Positions 1 to 11,382 of a DNA stretch of 64,000 nt are shown here, in pieces. The notes beneath the pieces were generated by a model. The model did not search any database and was not told the DNA's origin. It was given only the letters and a program-made list of their open reading frames with translations. Source of the DNA: Eledone cirrhosa (Eukaryota); contig OZ024742.1 in assembly GCA_964016885.1 (NCBI GenBank), positions 254,014,001 through 254,078,000 on the forward strand. Direction: 5' to 3'. Every line of letters begins with the position of its first letter. The first letter of the stretch is position 1. Position numbers and translations under genes: made by a program.

Positions 1-1510
1 GATGTGGGGGAGACTGTCTTTCTTCCATTTATTCTTCTCATTTAGTAGCCTTTCGTAATGACACTTCCAAGCTACCTTCTTATCAGCGTCAGTGATGGCA
101 AGTACACCATCATCTTTACGGACACACTTCTCCCCGACAATATCACGGTTTTCCTTGACACATTGCCCAGCAATCCTGAACACCTCACGTTTTTGGTCCT
201 GGCGTTGTAGAACATGCTGAACTTTCTTTCCTCTGCTTCCCTTCTTGCGAAGTACACTTGTCTCCTAGCTTCCCTCCTGGCCACTTGATAGTCTTCTCTA
301 CTTCCCCAATCCCGCCATACTTTCCAAGCTTTCTTTTTGGCCTTGATTGACTCCTCCACCTTACTGTTCCACCACCAAGTTACTCTCCTCCTGCCTATAG
401 GTCTGCTCCAGCCACAGATTTCACCTGTCGCCTTCAGCAGTTTAGCTTTCAGGAATTTTCACTGTTCCTCTATATTGTACGACTCTAATTGCTCTTCCTT
501 ACTGTCAAAAGCATCAAGTAATATGCTTTTAAATTTATTACTGGCTGTGGGGTCCTTTAGCTTCCATATTTTTCTCCTAAGAATAGTCCTCCTCTGTTGT
601 CGAATTCGTATCGTCCTGACTATGAGGTCGCTAACTATGAGGCTATGTTGGGAGGTGCATTGTTCATGGGGGAGGGATTTAGTGTTTACAACAGAAACTC
701 TGTCTCGTCTTCTGGTAAGGATATAATCTATCTGACCTGCGTGTTCCCCTGATCTGTAGGTGATCCAGTGATTGTCTCGTTTTTTGAAGTTAGTGTTACA
801 GATAGTTAGATTATTTGCGTCACAGAATTCCAGGATTCTGGAGCCTTCTTCATTTCTAGTACCAAACCCCTAGCCTCCATGGATTCCGTCATAGCCGTCA
901 CAGTGTTGTCCAATGTGACCATTTAGGTCGCCAGTAATAATTATATAGTCACTGTCGGTTATTTGGGAGGTAATGAGCATTAACGACTCATTGAATCTGT
1001 CTTTTATAATGCCAGGCAGTCCGGGTTGGGGTGCATACGCAGATATTATTGTCACAGTAGTTCTATTGAGGACAAGTCTTATTTTAATTATTCCGTCGTT
1101 CACTCTATTTACGTCTATTATCTTATCTACCCATTTTTCTGCTTGCATGATTCCTACTCCACCCAGCCCATTGTCATTTCCCACCCAGAAAAGCTTATAG
1201 CATCGTTTTTTACCCACAATGATTCTAGCAGACCCACCCCTCCACCTGGTCTCTTGAATACAGCAAACATCAACCTCTTTACGTTCAAGCATCTCTACAA
1301 CCTCGTTAGAGCGACCTTTTAAGGTCCCTACATTCATGGTACCAACTCTGAAGTTTTGGATTGCGTTTGGTGGGTGGGAAGGACAGGGCGCAGGGAGGGG
1401 TGAGGGAGATGGGTCTATGTTAGCCGCCCGCGGCCTAAATTAAGAGGGGGAATCCTTGCATCCTCGTCCGGCAGCATGAAGTGAATTTGTCTTTATCTTT
1501 GGCATTGTCA
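1..1510 (-). mobile_element. RTE-clade LINE, 5' part (APE endonuclease), runs off the left edge; disrupted
   Basis: ORF 870-1337 has APE motifs (NVGTL, CCIQETRW, SAYAPQ, GDLNGH); ORF 72-359 has the WK.W linker; similar to the RTEs at 32-38.7 kb. Confidence 0.9.
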
Positions 1511-1668
1511 CTGAGTGTCCATATTTTTTTACAGACTCTCCAGCATTCCGTAGTCCATCCATCATATCGAAAGGCAACCAGGTCTAAACTTAAGTGATAA
1601 CATAGGCCGCTGACTTATGATTGTTCCAAATAATAATGGTGGTGAGTGGGGGGGGGGGGGATCTGGGG

Positions 1669-2512
1669 TAGTTAGCGAGAAGGTTATAAAATAAAATCCA
1701 CTAAATTTTGGCCATAACCGAACGAGCATATAACTGTAATAAGGGAAGAATTATGGGATTTTAAAATACAAGAATATTATTTTGAACGATCAAACAGAAT
1801 TATCGAATAGCATTGAAAAAGAAAAGGTTGTATTCTGGACGATATGATACAGATAGATGAATGGACAAGGGAACATGGAGAGACGAGAAAATAGAATTCA
1901 TACATTACATTTCACAGAAGAGAGAACGAGCGATGTAGCCGTAAATATGGGTCGACAAATTCTGAGTTTCGTACCCCGCAACAGTTTATTTTATGTTTGA
2001 AGAGAGAGGGGATGGGATTGAGAGAGAGTCAGCAGGCGTGTATACAATGTATGGGGGTGGGGAGTGGGGGAAATAGTAGGGAGCAGGAAGGTTATTTTAT
2101 AAAATCCTAGAATTTCGACAATATGTAAACGAGCGAGGAGGTTATTTCATAAAAATAAAAATCGAGAGAAGTTTATAGAATAAAATCCACGAAATTTTGG
2201 CCATAATTGAACGAGCATATAACTAGGATAGTTAGCGAGAAGGTTATAAAATAAAATCCACGAAATTTTGGCCATAATCTAACGAGCATATAACTGTAAC
2301 AAGGGAAGAATTATGGGATTTTAAAATACAAGATTATTTTTTTGAACGATCAAACAGAAATATCGAATAGCATTGAAAAAAAAAGGTTGTATTCTGGACG
2401 ATATGATACAGATAGATGAATGGACAAGGGAACATGGAGAGACGAGAATATAGAATTCGTACATTACATTTCACAGAAGAGCGAGCGAGCGATGTAGCCA
2501 AGAATATGGGTC

Positions 2513-2513
<1 letters not shown>
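1669..2513. repeat. Direct duplication of ~285 bp (1669-1954 / 2229-2513) plus a partial third copy near 2180-2223
   Basis: Near-identical blocks beginning TAGTTAGCGAGAAGG, 560 bp apart; lies upstream of the RTE, possibly its 5' UTR. Confidence 0.85.
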
Positions 2514-2543
<30 letters not shown>

Positions 2544-2546
<3 letters not shown>

Positions 2547-4942
2547 GTAATATATACTTACCTATGCAAATAAGTAATGGTATAAACACAACATATACTG
2601 AGCTACCACGCCAAGACGTAAAATACCCATGTATAGATCGTACTATCCGTTAGGGTATAATGTGGCGCTGTAATACAGGAAAGTTTTGTGCAATTTATAT
2701 TTACAAGCCGAAATTGCCTCAGATTTTTTGTTTAAGATGTGGCCTGTGGCGTAGAGTATTTCCAAGGCCTCAGCGGCGCAGAGGTCACTTGGTCTTTAAT
2801 TTCCGTTATACGATCTAGCCCTAGCTAGGATCTCCCAGTGTAACTTATATCGAGTGTGGTTGTCTTTTAGACTCCAGATATAAGCTGAAAGTGACGTCAT
2901 ATTCTTTCTTAGAGGGTAACGAAAAAAATGGGTATGCATGTAAAGACGCTGCTCGAATCTATTGACGGTTAACCCTATGTAGGCCCTACGGGACGTGGGT
3001 GTTACAACCCTACATTTGCAGACAATGTTACTAGAAAGGCATTTCCCGGATCGGGGCAATCAACCCGATTCCTACAATTACAGTTAGTACTAACTACAGG
3101 GTTGCACGTGTTCCTACGGCTAGATAGTTTAGTCAAATTTGAAGCCGTGATGTTATGTGCAAGGTTAGGAGTCGTAGAGTAAGACATTTTAATAGTATTT
3201 CTATTAAAAATGTTACTATATTTATGTGTAGGGGGAAATGCTTCGTAATAAAGAATAGAAAAATCTTAGCTAATGGTGTGGCCACCTCCATATTATATGG
3301 TGGGTTATACCATATAATGCGACGGCATCGATTTCTTCTAGGTTTATCCTCGTACTCTGTATATGCTACCTTATCGACAAATCCACTCCGAGCAAGAGCT
3401 TCATTGTAATATGTGGAATGGTCGTTGAAAATATGCTCGTTAGTAGATAGACGGGAAAGCCTCAACGAAACGTTTCTTACCAGGTTCTTGGTTATGCTGG
3501 CACGATGGTTGGAATGCTTACTTATGTAATTAAGCTTATCATTCGGCTTTCTATACGGGTAATACAAGCCATTCTATAAATTGAGGGTAACGTCGAGGTA
3601 ATTAACGACCGAGAGGTTGGCCTCAACCTGTATAGAGAGGTTGAAGCCTTTAAAGAAGGTTGTGAGTTTTTTTCTGAACCTGTCGCAAGCACGAGGGCCG
3701 CACTTTGTCATGGTCAAAAGAACATCATCGCGGTACAAACCACCGCCTGCGTTGGGGAATTCGTCCTTGATAGAGAAAAGAAGGAAAAGGCCGATAAGAT
3801 CAGTAACCTCCGCAGAATCGCTGGCACCCATACTCACGTCGAATGGGGTACTATTGGATTTTTTAATCCAAATAGAGTCATCGAAATTAATCACCGACTT
3901 ACGGGCATTGAGGATGACATCAACTTCGAAATCCTTAACCACTGTGAGTGTTTTAGCGAAATTGATAGCTCTAAGGAGAAGTGGTAAAGTGATGGAGGTG
4001 TAGTAATTATTGATGTCGAATTGGATAAAACGGCAATGTTCCTTGTTGCATATGCCGTTGAACCAATCAATCACCGCGAAAGAATTGTTCCACAGTGTAA
4101 GAGGGGCCAAACTTCTAATTTCAGGTATAATTCTATCAAGAATCCTTTTCCTAAGTCTACCTAAATCGGACTTCGTAGGGTTAATAAGCCGAATAGAGGG
4201 GTTGTTCGGAAAATTGGATTTGTGATCCTTCAGGTTAAAGTGGGGAGAAATAGGGTCCAGAGGTTCGGTCCGGTCCAGGATGTTGAGATCGGAGGTGATT
4301 TTAAACCCAGCATCGTTGATTTCATTGATGACTAACCGATTAGTTTACGGTAATCCTTAGTACAGCATTATGTAGTAGTTGATGGTAAGTACTGCGCTCC
4401 ACTTGATATAGGTTGCCAGTTTTGTCGGAATGGACGTGCACGGCATTAGAATCCTTAATAGAACGAATTCTATTCTTCAGGTCCTGCTGGAAGGAATTGC
4501 TCCTATTCCGAAATTTGATACTCCGTATGAGTTCCAAGACATCATTTTCAAAGGGTAGCAATGCTGGGTTACACGGAGGGTTATTTTAGGCAATTTCGGC
4601 TTGTAAACATAAATTGCACAAAACTTTCCTGTATTACAGCCCCACATTATACCCTAACGGATAGTACGATCTATACGTTGATATTTTACGTAATCACGTG
4701 GTAGCTAAGTATATGTTGTGTTTATACCATTACTTATTTGCATAGGTAATTATATATTACCTGTATGTTTTGTGAAGGGAAAGTTTCCACGAACCAAAGT
4801 ATCGTCTTCCTCTCTTCCTCCGGTTGCAACGCTTTTTGAAATATCCACTTCTGCGTTTACAGATTGACTTTGTTAGTTTCAGAAGATCCCGTTAAGGGTG
4901 AAAGCAGCAATTCTTTGCTTAAACTTTAATCTGTTATTATAA

Positions 4943-4947
<5 letters not shown>
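2544..4947 (-). mobile_element. Penelope-like element, 5'-truncated, frameshifted RT + GIY-YIG, with inverted 3'-end copy; flanked by (TA)n on both sides
   Basis: RT motifs FDINNYY, MGASDS, LYRDD, NYLDV (3574-4110); CNCR..CP linker and YIGLT..F..R GIY-YIG motif (2796-3187); inverted repeat 2544-2719 / 4588-4763. Confidence 0.92.
4875..4925 (+). ncRNA. Hammerhead-like motif, non-canonical core (CAGAAGA)
   Basis: agttt-CAGAAGA-tccc gttaa gggt-GAAA-gca...tgc-TT-aaact; three stems form; U4A core change; second copy at 10334-10384. Confidence 0.55.
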
Positions 4948-4995
<48 letters not shown>

Positions 4996-5001
<6 letters not shown>

Positions 5002-5622
5002 CGTCCCTTCACGCACAAGGCGCCAAGGTACGCATGTATTGTCCAACCAAGTGCCAATGTGGTTCAATGGCGGGTTAATAAATTAACGAGCCAGAACAAA
5101 TATAAACAAGGTTTAGTAAATAATGAAAAAGTTTCAAAATAAATTTTAAAAAATTGACTTTACCTACTATAGTTACCTTTACCGATCGGTTTCGAATCCC
5201 AAAAATAAAACGGAGACCATACGGCCTTCGTTGCAAAGAAAGATTCTCGTCAGAAGATTCTTTTCATTCAAAGAATATAAAATTCCTGAATTTAAATCAC
5301 AAACTAGCGCTATCAAAAACTGTTCCTGGGATGAGAGTGGATGATGTAGAACAGGTTTATCAAGGGCCGTAGCAAAGATAGAGGCAAAAGGAGGTAGGTC
5401 AAACTAGCCACCGCTATTGCTAGCAGCAGTCGGAATGACCCGGTTTGTTCTCAACGTTAGTGGAGGTAGTAGTAATATGAAATACGTCCCTTCACGCACA
5501 AGGCGCCAAGGTACGCATGTATTGTCCAACCAATTCGAAACCGATCGGTAAAGGTAACTATAGTAGGTAAAGTCAATTTTTTAAAATTTATTTTGAAACT
5601 TTTTCATTATTTACTAAACCTT

Positions 5623-5624
<2 letters not shown>
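4996..5624 (-). mobile_element. Non-coding HHR-containing retrozyme-like unit (483-bp period, terminally redundant) plus short inverted arm
   Basis: Direct repeat 4996-5050 / 5479-5533; 5534-5624 is the reverse complement of ~5104-5195; (TA)n on both sides. Confidence 0.75.
5175..5258 (-). ncRNA. Type I hammerhead ribozyme
   Basis: Minus strand: atctt-CTGACGA-gaatc[long insert]gattc-GAAA-ccgatcg-GTA-aaggt; canonical core, palindromic stem III ACCGATCGGT, GUA site. Confidence 0.88.
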
Positions 5625-5706
<82 letters not shown>

Positions 5707-5983
5707 GTAAGTATGCATGGCACTTACTTAAATGTAAGTATGCATGTATACGTACATACATATATGTATACAGACGTACAGTAGCATGCACATATATATA
5801 TACATATACATATATACATACATATACATACATATGCATACACATACATATATGCACGTATCAGTTTAGCGGCGCTTATTATAACGTCGCTTTGTTCGTT
5901 TGTAAACAAACTGAACAGCCTGAATTTATGCCATACGGTGTTAAGGCAACCACGTCACCTTTTTGTTCAACACTGACACAGGA

Positions 5984-6026
5984 ACGATGTACTAGTTTCA
6001 AGCTTGTTAGCTATCATCAGCACCGT
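5984..6026 (-). ncRNA. Minimal type I hammerhead ribozyme
   Basis: Minus strand: acggtg-CTGATGA-tagct aaca agctt-GAAA-cta-GTA-catcgt; 6-bp stem I, palindromic stem III ACTAGT. Confidence 0.88.
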
Positions 6027-6088
6027 TTACATTTAAGTAAGTGCCATACTAAGAGTGAGAAATGAAATTTCGTTTTCATTTTGTTTCA

Positions 6089-6127
<39 letters not shown>

Positions 6128-6129
<2 letters not shown>

Positions 6130-6460
6130 CACATGGTTTAGTCGTTAGAGCATTGGGCATTGCAATCGAAAGGTTGTGAGTTCAATTCTCAGACCGGGTG
6201 ATGTGTTGTTTCCTTGAGCAAGACACTTTATTTCACATTGCTCCAGTTTACTCAGCTGTAGAAATGAGATGATAGGGATGGGGTCCATATCATTCCACTG
6301 TAACTGGTCGTGGAGGTGCCACGGCAAAAAAGCATCCACCACCCATGGTAAATGAGGTTGGTGTTAGGAAGGGCATCCAGCTGTAGAAATCAAGCCAGAA
6401 TCAGTTCCCGTCCCACCCTTGCAAGCAGGGAAAAGCGGACGTAAAATGATGATGATGATG
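6128..6460 (+). mobile_element. tRNA-derived SINE (Meta-like core, RTE-derived tail)
   Basis: A-box/B-box-like head (GTGAGTTCAATTC), CCTTGAGCAAGACACTT core, tail ending GGACGTAAAAT(GAT)n; copies at 44243 and 62041. Confidence 0.85.
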
Positions 6461-6770
6461 GATGAACTGAGGGTGAAAGTGGGTATAAGAAGCATCAGAA
6501 GTAGTGTGCAAGAGAGGCGACTGCATTGGTATGAATACGTAATGTGCCTGGATGATGATTGCTGGGTAATGAAGTGCCAAGAAATCCCAATGAAAAGGTT
6601 CCACAGTAGATGGAGTCCAATGAAGACTTGGATAGAGATCGTGAGAGCTGATTTCAGATCACTGAAGCTCATGGAGGAGATGACAAAGGAATGCGACAAG
6701 TGGAGAGATGCTGTGCTAAGAAGAACCCGTCCAACCCATGGAACAACAGATTTAAAATAATGGTGATGAT
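6461..6770 (+). mobile_element. RTE LINE 3' fragment
   Basis: ELRVKVGIRSI..VQERRLHWY..VM matches the RTE C-terminus at 38468-38752. Confidence 0.8.
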
Positions 6771-6832
6771 ATATATATATATATATATATATATATCATC
6801 ACCATTATTTTACATATATATCCATATATATA

Positions 6833-7090
6833 TCATCATCATCATCATCATTATCATCGTTTAATGTCTATCTTCCATGCCTGCATGGGTTAGACGGGAG
6901 TTTCCCCACTTGAGGCAAGATTGGTTGGGTGACCATGTCTCGCTCGTATAGGACTATCTGGCAGGTTTTCTACGGCTGGATGCCCTTTCTAACACCAACC
7001 ACATTTACAGTGTGGACTGGGAACTTTTTACCGTGTTATCTACACGGCCACATTACAGCGTGGACTTTGTGTTTTTTTGTTGTGACACCT
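6833..7090 (-). mobile_element. Short non-autonomous RTE-related repeat
   Basis: Shares the GTTGGTGTTAG..GGGCATCCAGC block and (GAT)n tail with copies at 9335-10240, 38770-39055 and 47265-47595. Confidence 0.7.
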
Positions 7091-7254
7091 ACACGATCTC
7101 GATCTCGATCTCAGTATCTCATTAGTTTGAACTGGATGTTGTGGTACCTACATAACTTTACAGAGTAAGGGTGGGAGGATGGAGTAGGGGTAGTGGTTGA
7201 AGTGTATATTTGGTTAAGAGGTGCCTACTGACGATAGGTTTCGCTTTGTACATA

Positions 7255-8196
7255 GGCAAGGCGGGTCTTCTGTATTATTGCGCGGTGCCAAATATCTCGG
7301 TCCAGTGACATTGTCTTAGAGACGTGCAAGTGTGTAAGGTCAGAATTTACCAAATCGTCCTAGGTTTTTCTGGGTCTACCTACTCCATAACTTCCATCTA
7401 TTTTGATCGCCCTGCAGTTTTTTTATACAGCTGTCGTCTTTCATGCACATCACATACCAATGTAATCTTCCAATTTATGTTTTGTCGTTCGCGTATATTA
7501 CTATTACAAAGCCCATGTCTCACTGCCATGTAACATTGTTGTTCGTATACAAGTATCATGCAATCTGCCTTTCATTTTTAGAGAGAAACCTTTTGTTACC
7601 AACAGCGGTATAAGTTCTTTGAACTTTTTCCATCCCGTTTCTAACTCTGGCTATTTTCAGAGTACCTTGCACCACTGCTGATTTTGTCACCCAGGTAACA
7701 GAAAGTGTCCACTATTTCTATAGAATCATCTGGGCAGTAGAAGGAGCTGGAATCCTGTGGGCACTTGTTACTTATTGCACCTGAACATTGGCCACATATA
7801 AAATCTACGGTCTTAGATAGTTAACCTGTCATCCCACTACATCTTTCATGTACCCATAGTTTGCATTTGAGGCATAGAATGGAATTTCCACCTGCTCCTT
7901 TCCTACACACTGAGCATGGCCATTTCCCAGAGGGCACCTGTGCCCTATTTTCTGTTCTACATAATAGAACTTGCCATAGATTCAGCTATGAGTGTTAGAT
8001 CATCAGCATATAGTAGTTCCCATGGGCAGCCGGTCATAAATTCCTGTGGTATACCCTGAAGGGCAATAATAAACAGGAGGGTGCTAAGAATATAGCCTTG
8101 ATGAACACCTACTTTTACGCTAAATTCTTCACTATATTCATTGTTAATTCTAACCTTGCTGACTGTTTCTTTATACATGGCTTGTATAGCTCTCAT
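7255..8196 (-). mobile_element. RTE LINE RT/3' fragment, degraded
   Basis: GVHQG..LS..LF and ELLYADDL motifs in ORF 7957-8196. Confidence 0.88.
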
Positions 8197-8312
8197 ATAT
8201 ATATATCCAGGGAGTGTGACGCGAAGTTACTGTAAGTCCACATCAGTATCGAGGTGTAGATCTAGAAAGAGTGTAATATAATAAAACAAGGACGTTCAAT
8301 ACAGATCGAACC

Positions 8313-8346
8313 TTGAGCTGATCAGTAGCGAAACACGCGTCACCAA
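8313..8346 (+). ncRNA. Degenerate minimal hammerhead-like motif
   Basis: ttgag-CTGATCA-gtagc-GAAA-cacgc-GTC-accaa; G8C core mutation and imperfect stem I. Confidence 0.4.
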
Positions 8347-8384
8347 CCAATAAACGTAATGAAGGAGTAACCATTCATCCTTGT

Positions 8385-8454
<70 letters not shown>

Positions 8455-8491
8455 ATTAAATAAATGGAAATTATATTTATAAAACCATATT

Positions 8492-8557
8492 TATTTCATT
8501 ATATATATTTCAGGGATATCATATTAAAAATATGTTATGCCTTCTTCAGACAAAATA
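8492..8557 (-). ncRNA. Type I hammerhead ribozyme (mirror copy)
   Basis: Reverse complement of 8693-8758. Confidence 0.85.
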
Positions 8558-8692
8558 CAATATAGACAGTCTTATAAATAAATAGATTCGACATACCGTT
8601 CAACATCGACTTGCATTTGAAAAGTTGATTTGAATGCAAGTCGATGTTGAACGGTATGTCGAATCTATTTATTTATAAGACTGTCTATATTG

Positions 8693-8758
8693 TATTTTGT
8701 CTGAAGAAGGCATAACATATTTTTAATATGATATCCCTGAAATATATATAATGAAATA
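8693..8758 (+). ncRNA. Type I hammerhead ribozyme
   Basis: tattttgt-CTGAAGA-agg..catatt ttt aatatg..cct-GAAA-tatat-ATA-atgaaata; 8-bp stem I with two GU pairs, palindromic (AU)n stem III. Confidence 0.85.
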
Positions 8759-9054
8759 AATATGGTTTTATAAATATAATTTCCATTTATTTAATATCGT
8801 AAATATACTCCAAATACTTGTTGAGTGCTTTTATATCAGTTATAAATATTTACTCGTTGTAACCCAACAATTTAAATATAACTTTCCATGTATATATATA
8901 TATATATATATATATATGTTTAATATAGAAATGGCTTCTACAGGACTAGAACTTTCATTTCTAGTTATACTCTGCCATCTATTGAGTACCTTACTTACTC
9001 TGGTTACCCCCGATTGAACCTGGGATACACACACACACACACATGTATATATAC

Positions 9055-9085
<31 letters not shown>

Positions 9086-9334
9086 CATATATGACAGCTG
9101 CACAAAAAGTTGCAGAGCGCTTAAAATCGTTGGAAGCGTTGGAGTGGGGAGATCCAGAAAAACTTGAGATGAGGTGATAAAAGCTGACCTTGCCCAATTG
9201 TATCTCTCAAAGGTGATGACACGGGAATGAGATCTCTGGTGATATCTAGTAATACAGAAGACCTGACTTCCCACGAGCACAAGCCGAATCATATATACAG
9301 TATGACCTAACCCACCCCCTCTTACATCCCCATG

Positions 9335-9838
9335 AGGACAGGCCAAAGTATGCATCCATTGAAGTCCCCGGCCCACACTGTAAAGTGGTTGTGTTGGTGT
9401 CAACAAAAAGCACTCAATACTCACTGTAAATGAGGTTGAAGTTAGGAAAGACATCCAGCTGTAGAAACCAAGACAGAATCAGTCCCGTATGAACAAGACA
9501 TGGTCCCCTGACCTAGCATTGCCTACAACAGGACAACCCGCTTAACCCATGCTAGCGTGGAAAATAGAAATAAAATATTTATATATATATAATAAAATAT
9601 TTATATATATATCATCATCATCATCAGGTTTAGCGTCCGTGTTCCACGCTTGCATGGGTTTGGACGGGGGTTTTCCCACTTGAGGCAAGAGTGGTTGTCT
9701 TGCTCGCATAGGACTGTCTGGCGGGTTTTCTACAGTTGGATGCCCTTCCTAACACCAACCACATTTACAGTGTGGGGCTGGGAGGTTTTTACCGTGTTGC
9801 CTACACGGCAAATATATATATATATATATATAATAAAA

Positions 9839-9882
<44 letters not shown>

Positions 9883-9886
9883 CAAA

Positions 9887-9962
<76 letters not shown>

Positions 9963-10240
9963 CACATATATAATGTATGTGTGTGTGTGTATATTATGTT
10001 GGTACCACAAAACATCCAGCCCGCACTGTAAAATGGTCGTGTAAAAGACACGGCAAAAAGCACCCAACACACACTGAAAGTGTTGGTGCCAGGAAAGGCA
10101 TTCAGCCATAGAAAACCAGCCAGAAACAGTCCTATATGAGCAAGACATCGGTAATTGGCCCAACTTGCCTCTAAATAGGACAAATCCGTCTAACCCATGC
10201 TAGCATGGAAGATGGAAATTAAACGGTGATGATGATGATG
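9335..10240. mobile_element. Cluster of three short non-autonomous RTE-related repeats (9335-9575 +, 9612-9810 -, 10000-10240 +)
   Basis: Shared AAAAAGCAC / CACTGTAAA / AACCCATGCTAGC blocks and (GAT)n tails. Confidence 0.7.
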
Positions 10241-10247
10241 ATTATAA

Positions 10248-10316
<69 letters not shown>

Positions 10317-10322
<6 letters not shown>

Positions 10323-10660
10323 TAACAGATTAAAGTTTAAGCAAAGAATCACTGCTTTCACCATTAACGGGATCTTCTGAAACTAAAAAAATCAATCTGT
10401 GAACGCAGAAATAAATATTTCGAAAAACCTTGCAACCGAAGGCAGACAGGAAGATGATACTTTGGTTCGTGGAAACGTTCCCTGGCAAAGAACGGAAAAA
10501 AACGAAGATAATACGTCATTATTTGTAGCGGTGAAAACAATTACACGCAAAGACAAAACCACGTTTATGGTATAAATAAAGTCGTAGACTAATATTCTAT
10601 TAGGTGGTTCATGGAGACGTTCTCTGGCGATGAACGGAAAAACGAAGATAATGCGTCATT
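10317..10660 (-). mobile_element. Solo PLE 3' tail, same family as 4770-4947, with hammerhead-like motif at 10334-10384
   Basis: 10317-10480 is reverse-complement similar to 4775-4945; same CAGAAGA..GAAA motif; internal ~55-bp duplication near 10463 / 10606. Confidence 0.75.
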
Positions 10661-10830
10661 GATATATATATTTATCCTTATTCAAATTTATTATTATTAC
10701 TAAAGTACCAGTAATACACTGAGATAATTGCTGGCCTTGTGCCAAAAGTAGAAACAATTATTATTACTAAAGTACCAGTAATGTACTGAGTTATTGCCGG
10801 CCTTGTGCCAATAGTAGAAACAATTATTAT

Positions 10831-10891
<61 letters not shown>

Positions 10892-10901
10892 ATATAGAAA
10901 T

Positions 10902-10952
10902 GTCTTCTACAGTACTAGAACTGTTTCATTCGAGAGAAATCATCAGGAAGCC
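10902..10952 (-). ncRNA. Type I hammerhead ribozyme
   Basis: Minus strand: ggcttc-CTGATGA-tttc tctc gaat-GAAA-cagt tctagt act-GTA-gaagac; related copies at 8925-8965 (partial), 61791-61935 and 62751-62877. Confidence 0.82.
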
Positions 10953-11333
10953 GACAGCCCAAGTAATATAGTGGTATTTATTTATAACTTTTTTGGTGGT
11001 AGGAGAGGGTGGTGATCGGGATGGGTGGAGGTCATTGGTTGATGGATTTAAAGAAAAGGAATTCCTTAAAAACTATATTTAGAGTAATAAAGGCAGAAAG
11101 AATTCAAGCTAGGTGTCAGTAGACAAGTTCACACAGGCAGCCACTCTTCATTTTTAAGGTTCATTTAAGCTAACAATGGCTATTCATTGGTAGCTCTGCT
11201 GGAATGATCAGTTGTCTACAATGACACACGCACACACACGTGCCCTCACACCAACACACACGCACAAACGCACACTCATATATATATTATATATAGAGAT
11301 TACAGTAATCAAAGTTCAGTTTAAGTCATTTAT

Positions 11334-11382
11334 TTGCTTACAATTGTTTCCTCCAAACCGAGGTTTGGATTCTTCGGAGCAA
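11334..11382 (-). ncRNA. Type I hammerhead ribozyme (U4C variant)
   Basis: Minus strand: ttgct-CCGAAGA-a tccaaac ctcg gtttgga g-GAAA-caatt-GTA-agcaa; perfect stem I, palindromic stem III ACAATTGT. Confidence 0.78.

Larger units (their letters stand above)
8451..8890. mobile_element. Asymmetric fold-back element carrying an HHR in each arm, embedded in (TA)n
   Basis: Arms 8451-8617 / 8633-8799 are near-perfect reverse complements with a 15-nt spacer; right arm extends to 8890; second copy at 48991-49453. Confidence 0.9.
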
